From IMG/VR virus record IMGVR_UViG_3300027881_000536, positions 54,156 to 118,155 of that record: a stretch of 64,000 nt of DNA; one strand, 5' to 3'. Within the stretch, counting starts at the first letter, position 1, and each line of letters begins with the position of its first letter. This document shows positions 63,985-64,000 of this stretch, one piece after another. The notes beneath the pieces were generated by a model. It did no database searches. It saw nothing but the letters and a program-made list of their open reading frames with translations, and was not told the origin of the DNA. A program made the position numbers and the translations under genes. The DNA is from a virus.

Positions 63985-64000
63985 GAAACCACTAATTCCT

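Noticed and set aside
1-64000. Genome-wide stop-codon reassignment
   Set aside because: All long genes are intact under the standard code and TAG, TAA and TGA all terminate coupled genes; only one interrupted short frame was seen.
1-64000. tRNA/rRNA genes, inteins, integrase or transposase
   Set aside because: No cloverleaf-like or rRNA-like segment, no intein-sized insertion in PolB, RFC or the helicases, and no recombinase motifs were seen; tRNAscan-SE would be needed to exclude tRNAs formally.

Overview
The window is a ~64-kb piece of a tailed archaeal virus genome (Caudoviricetes), most likely a magrovirus infecting Marine Group II Euryarchaeota (Poseidoniales). Support: a group II chaperonin, archaeal-type replication genes (PolB, PriS-PriL fused primase, RFC, PCNA-like clamp, XPF/ERCC4), a close DUF3860 homologue and marine-phage-type tail fibres. 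Plus strand 1-26.5 kb is a virion/tail module: a >4000-aa protein open past the left edge, a baseplate/hub-like protein, a protamine-like peptide and three large fibre proteins. Minus strand 26.6-46 kb is a chaperonin plus replication/recombination module. Minus strand 46-63.7 kb is a tightly coupled array of small early genes. The most striking item is a 1374-aa dikinase-like protein (PEP-synthase-type ATP-grasp plus phospho-His swivel, no pyruvate-binding barrel) translationally coupled to a CX5R phosphatase with Zn fingers, a candidate viral phosphorylation writer/eraser system. Also notable: a DNA ligase homologue lacking its catalytic lysine, a stand-alone PIP-box micro-ORF after polB, apparent genome-wide absence of GATC/AGCT/ACGT, repeated gene-start cassettes, and a possible daisy-chain fibre architecture. 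All family calls come from motif recognition by eye; no database searches or counts were run.
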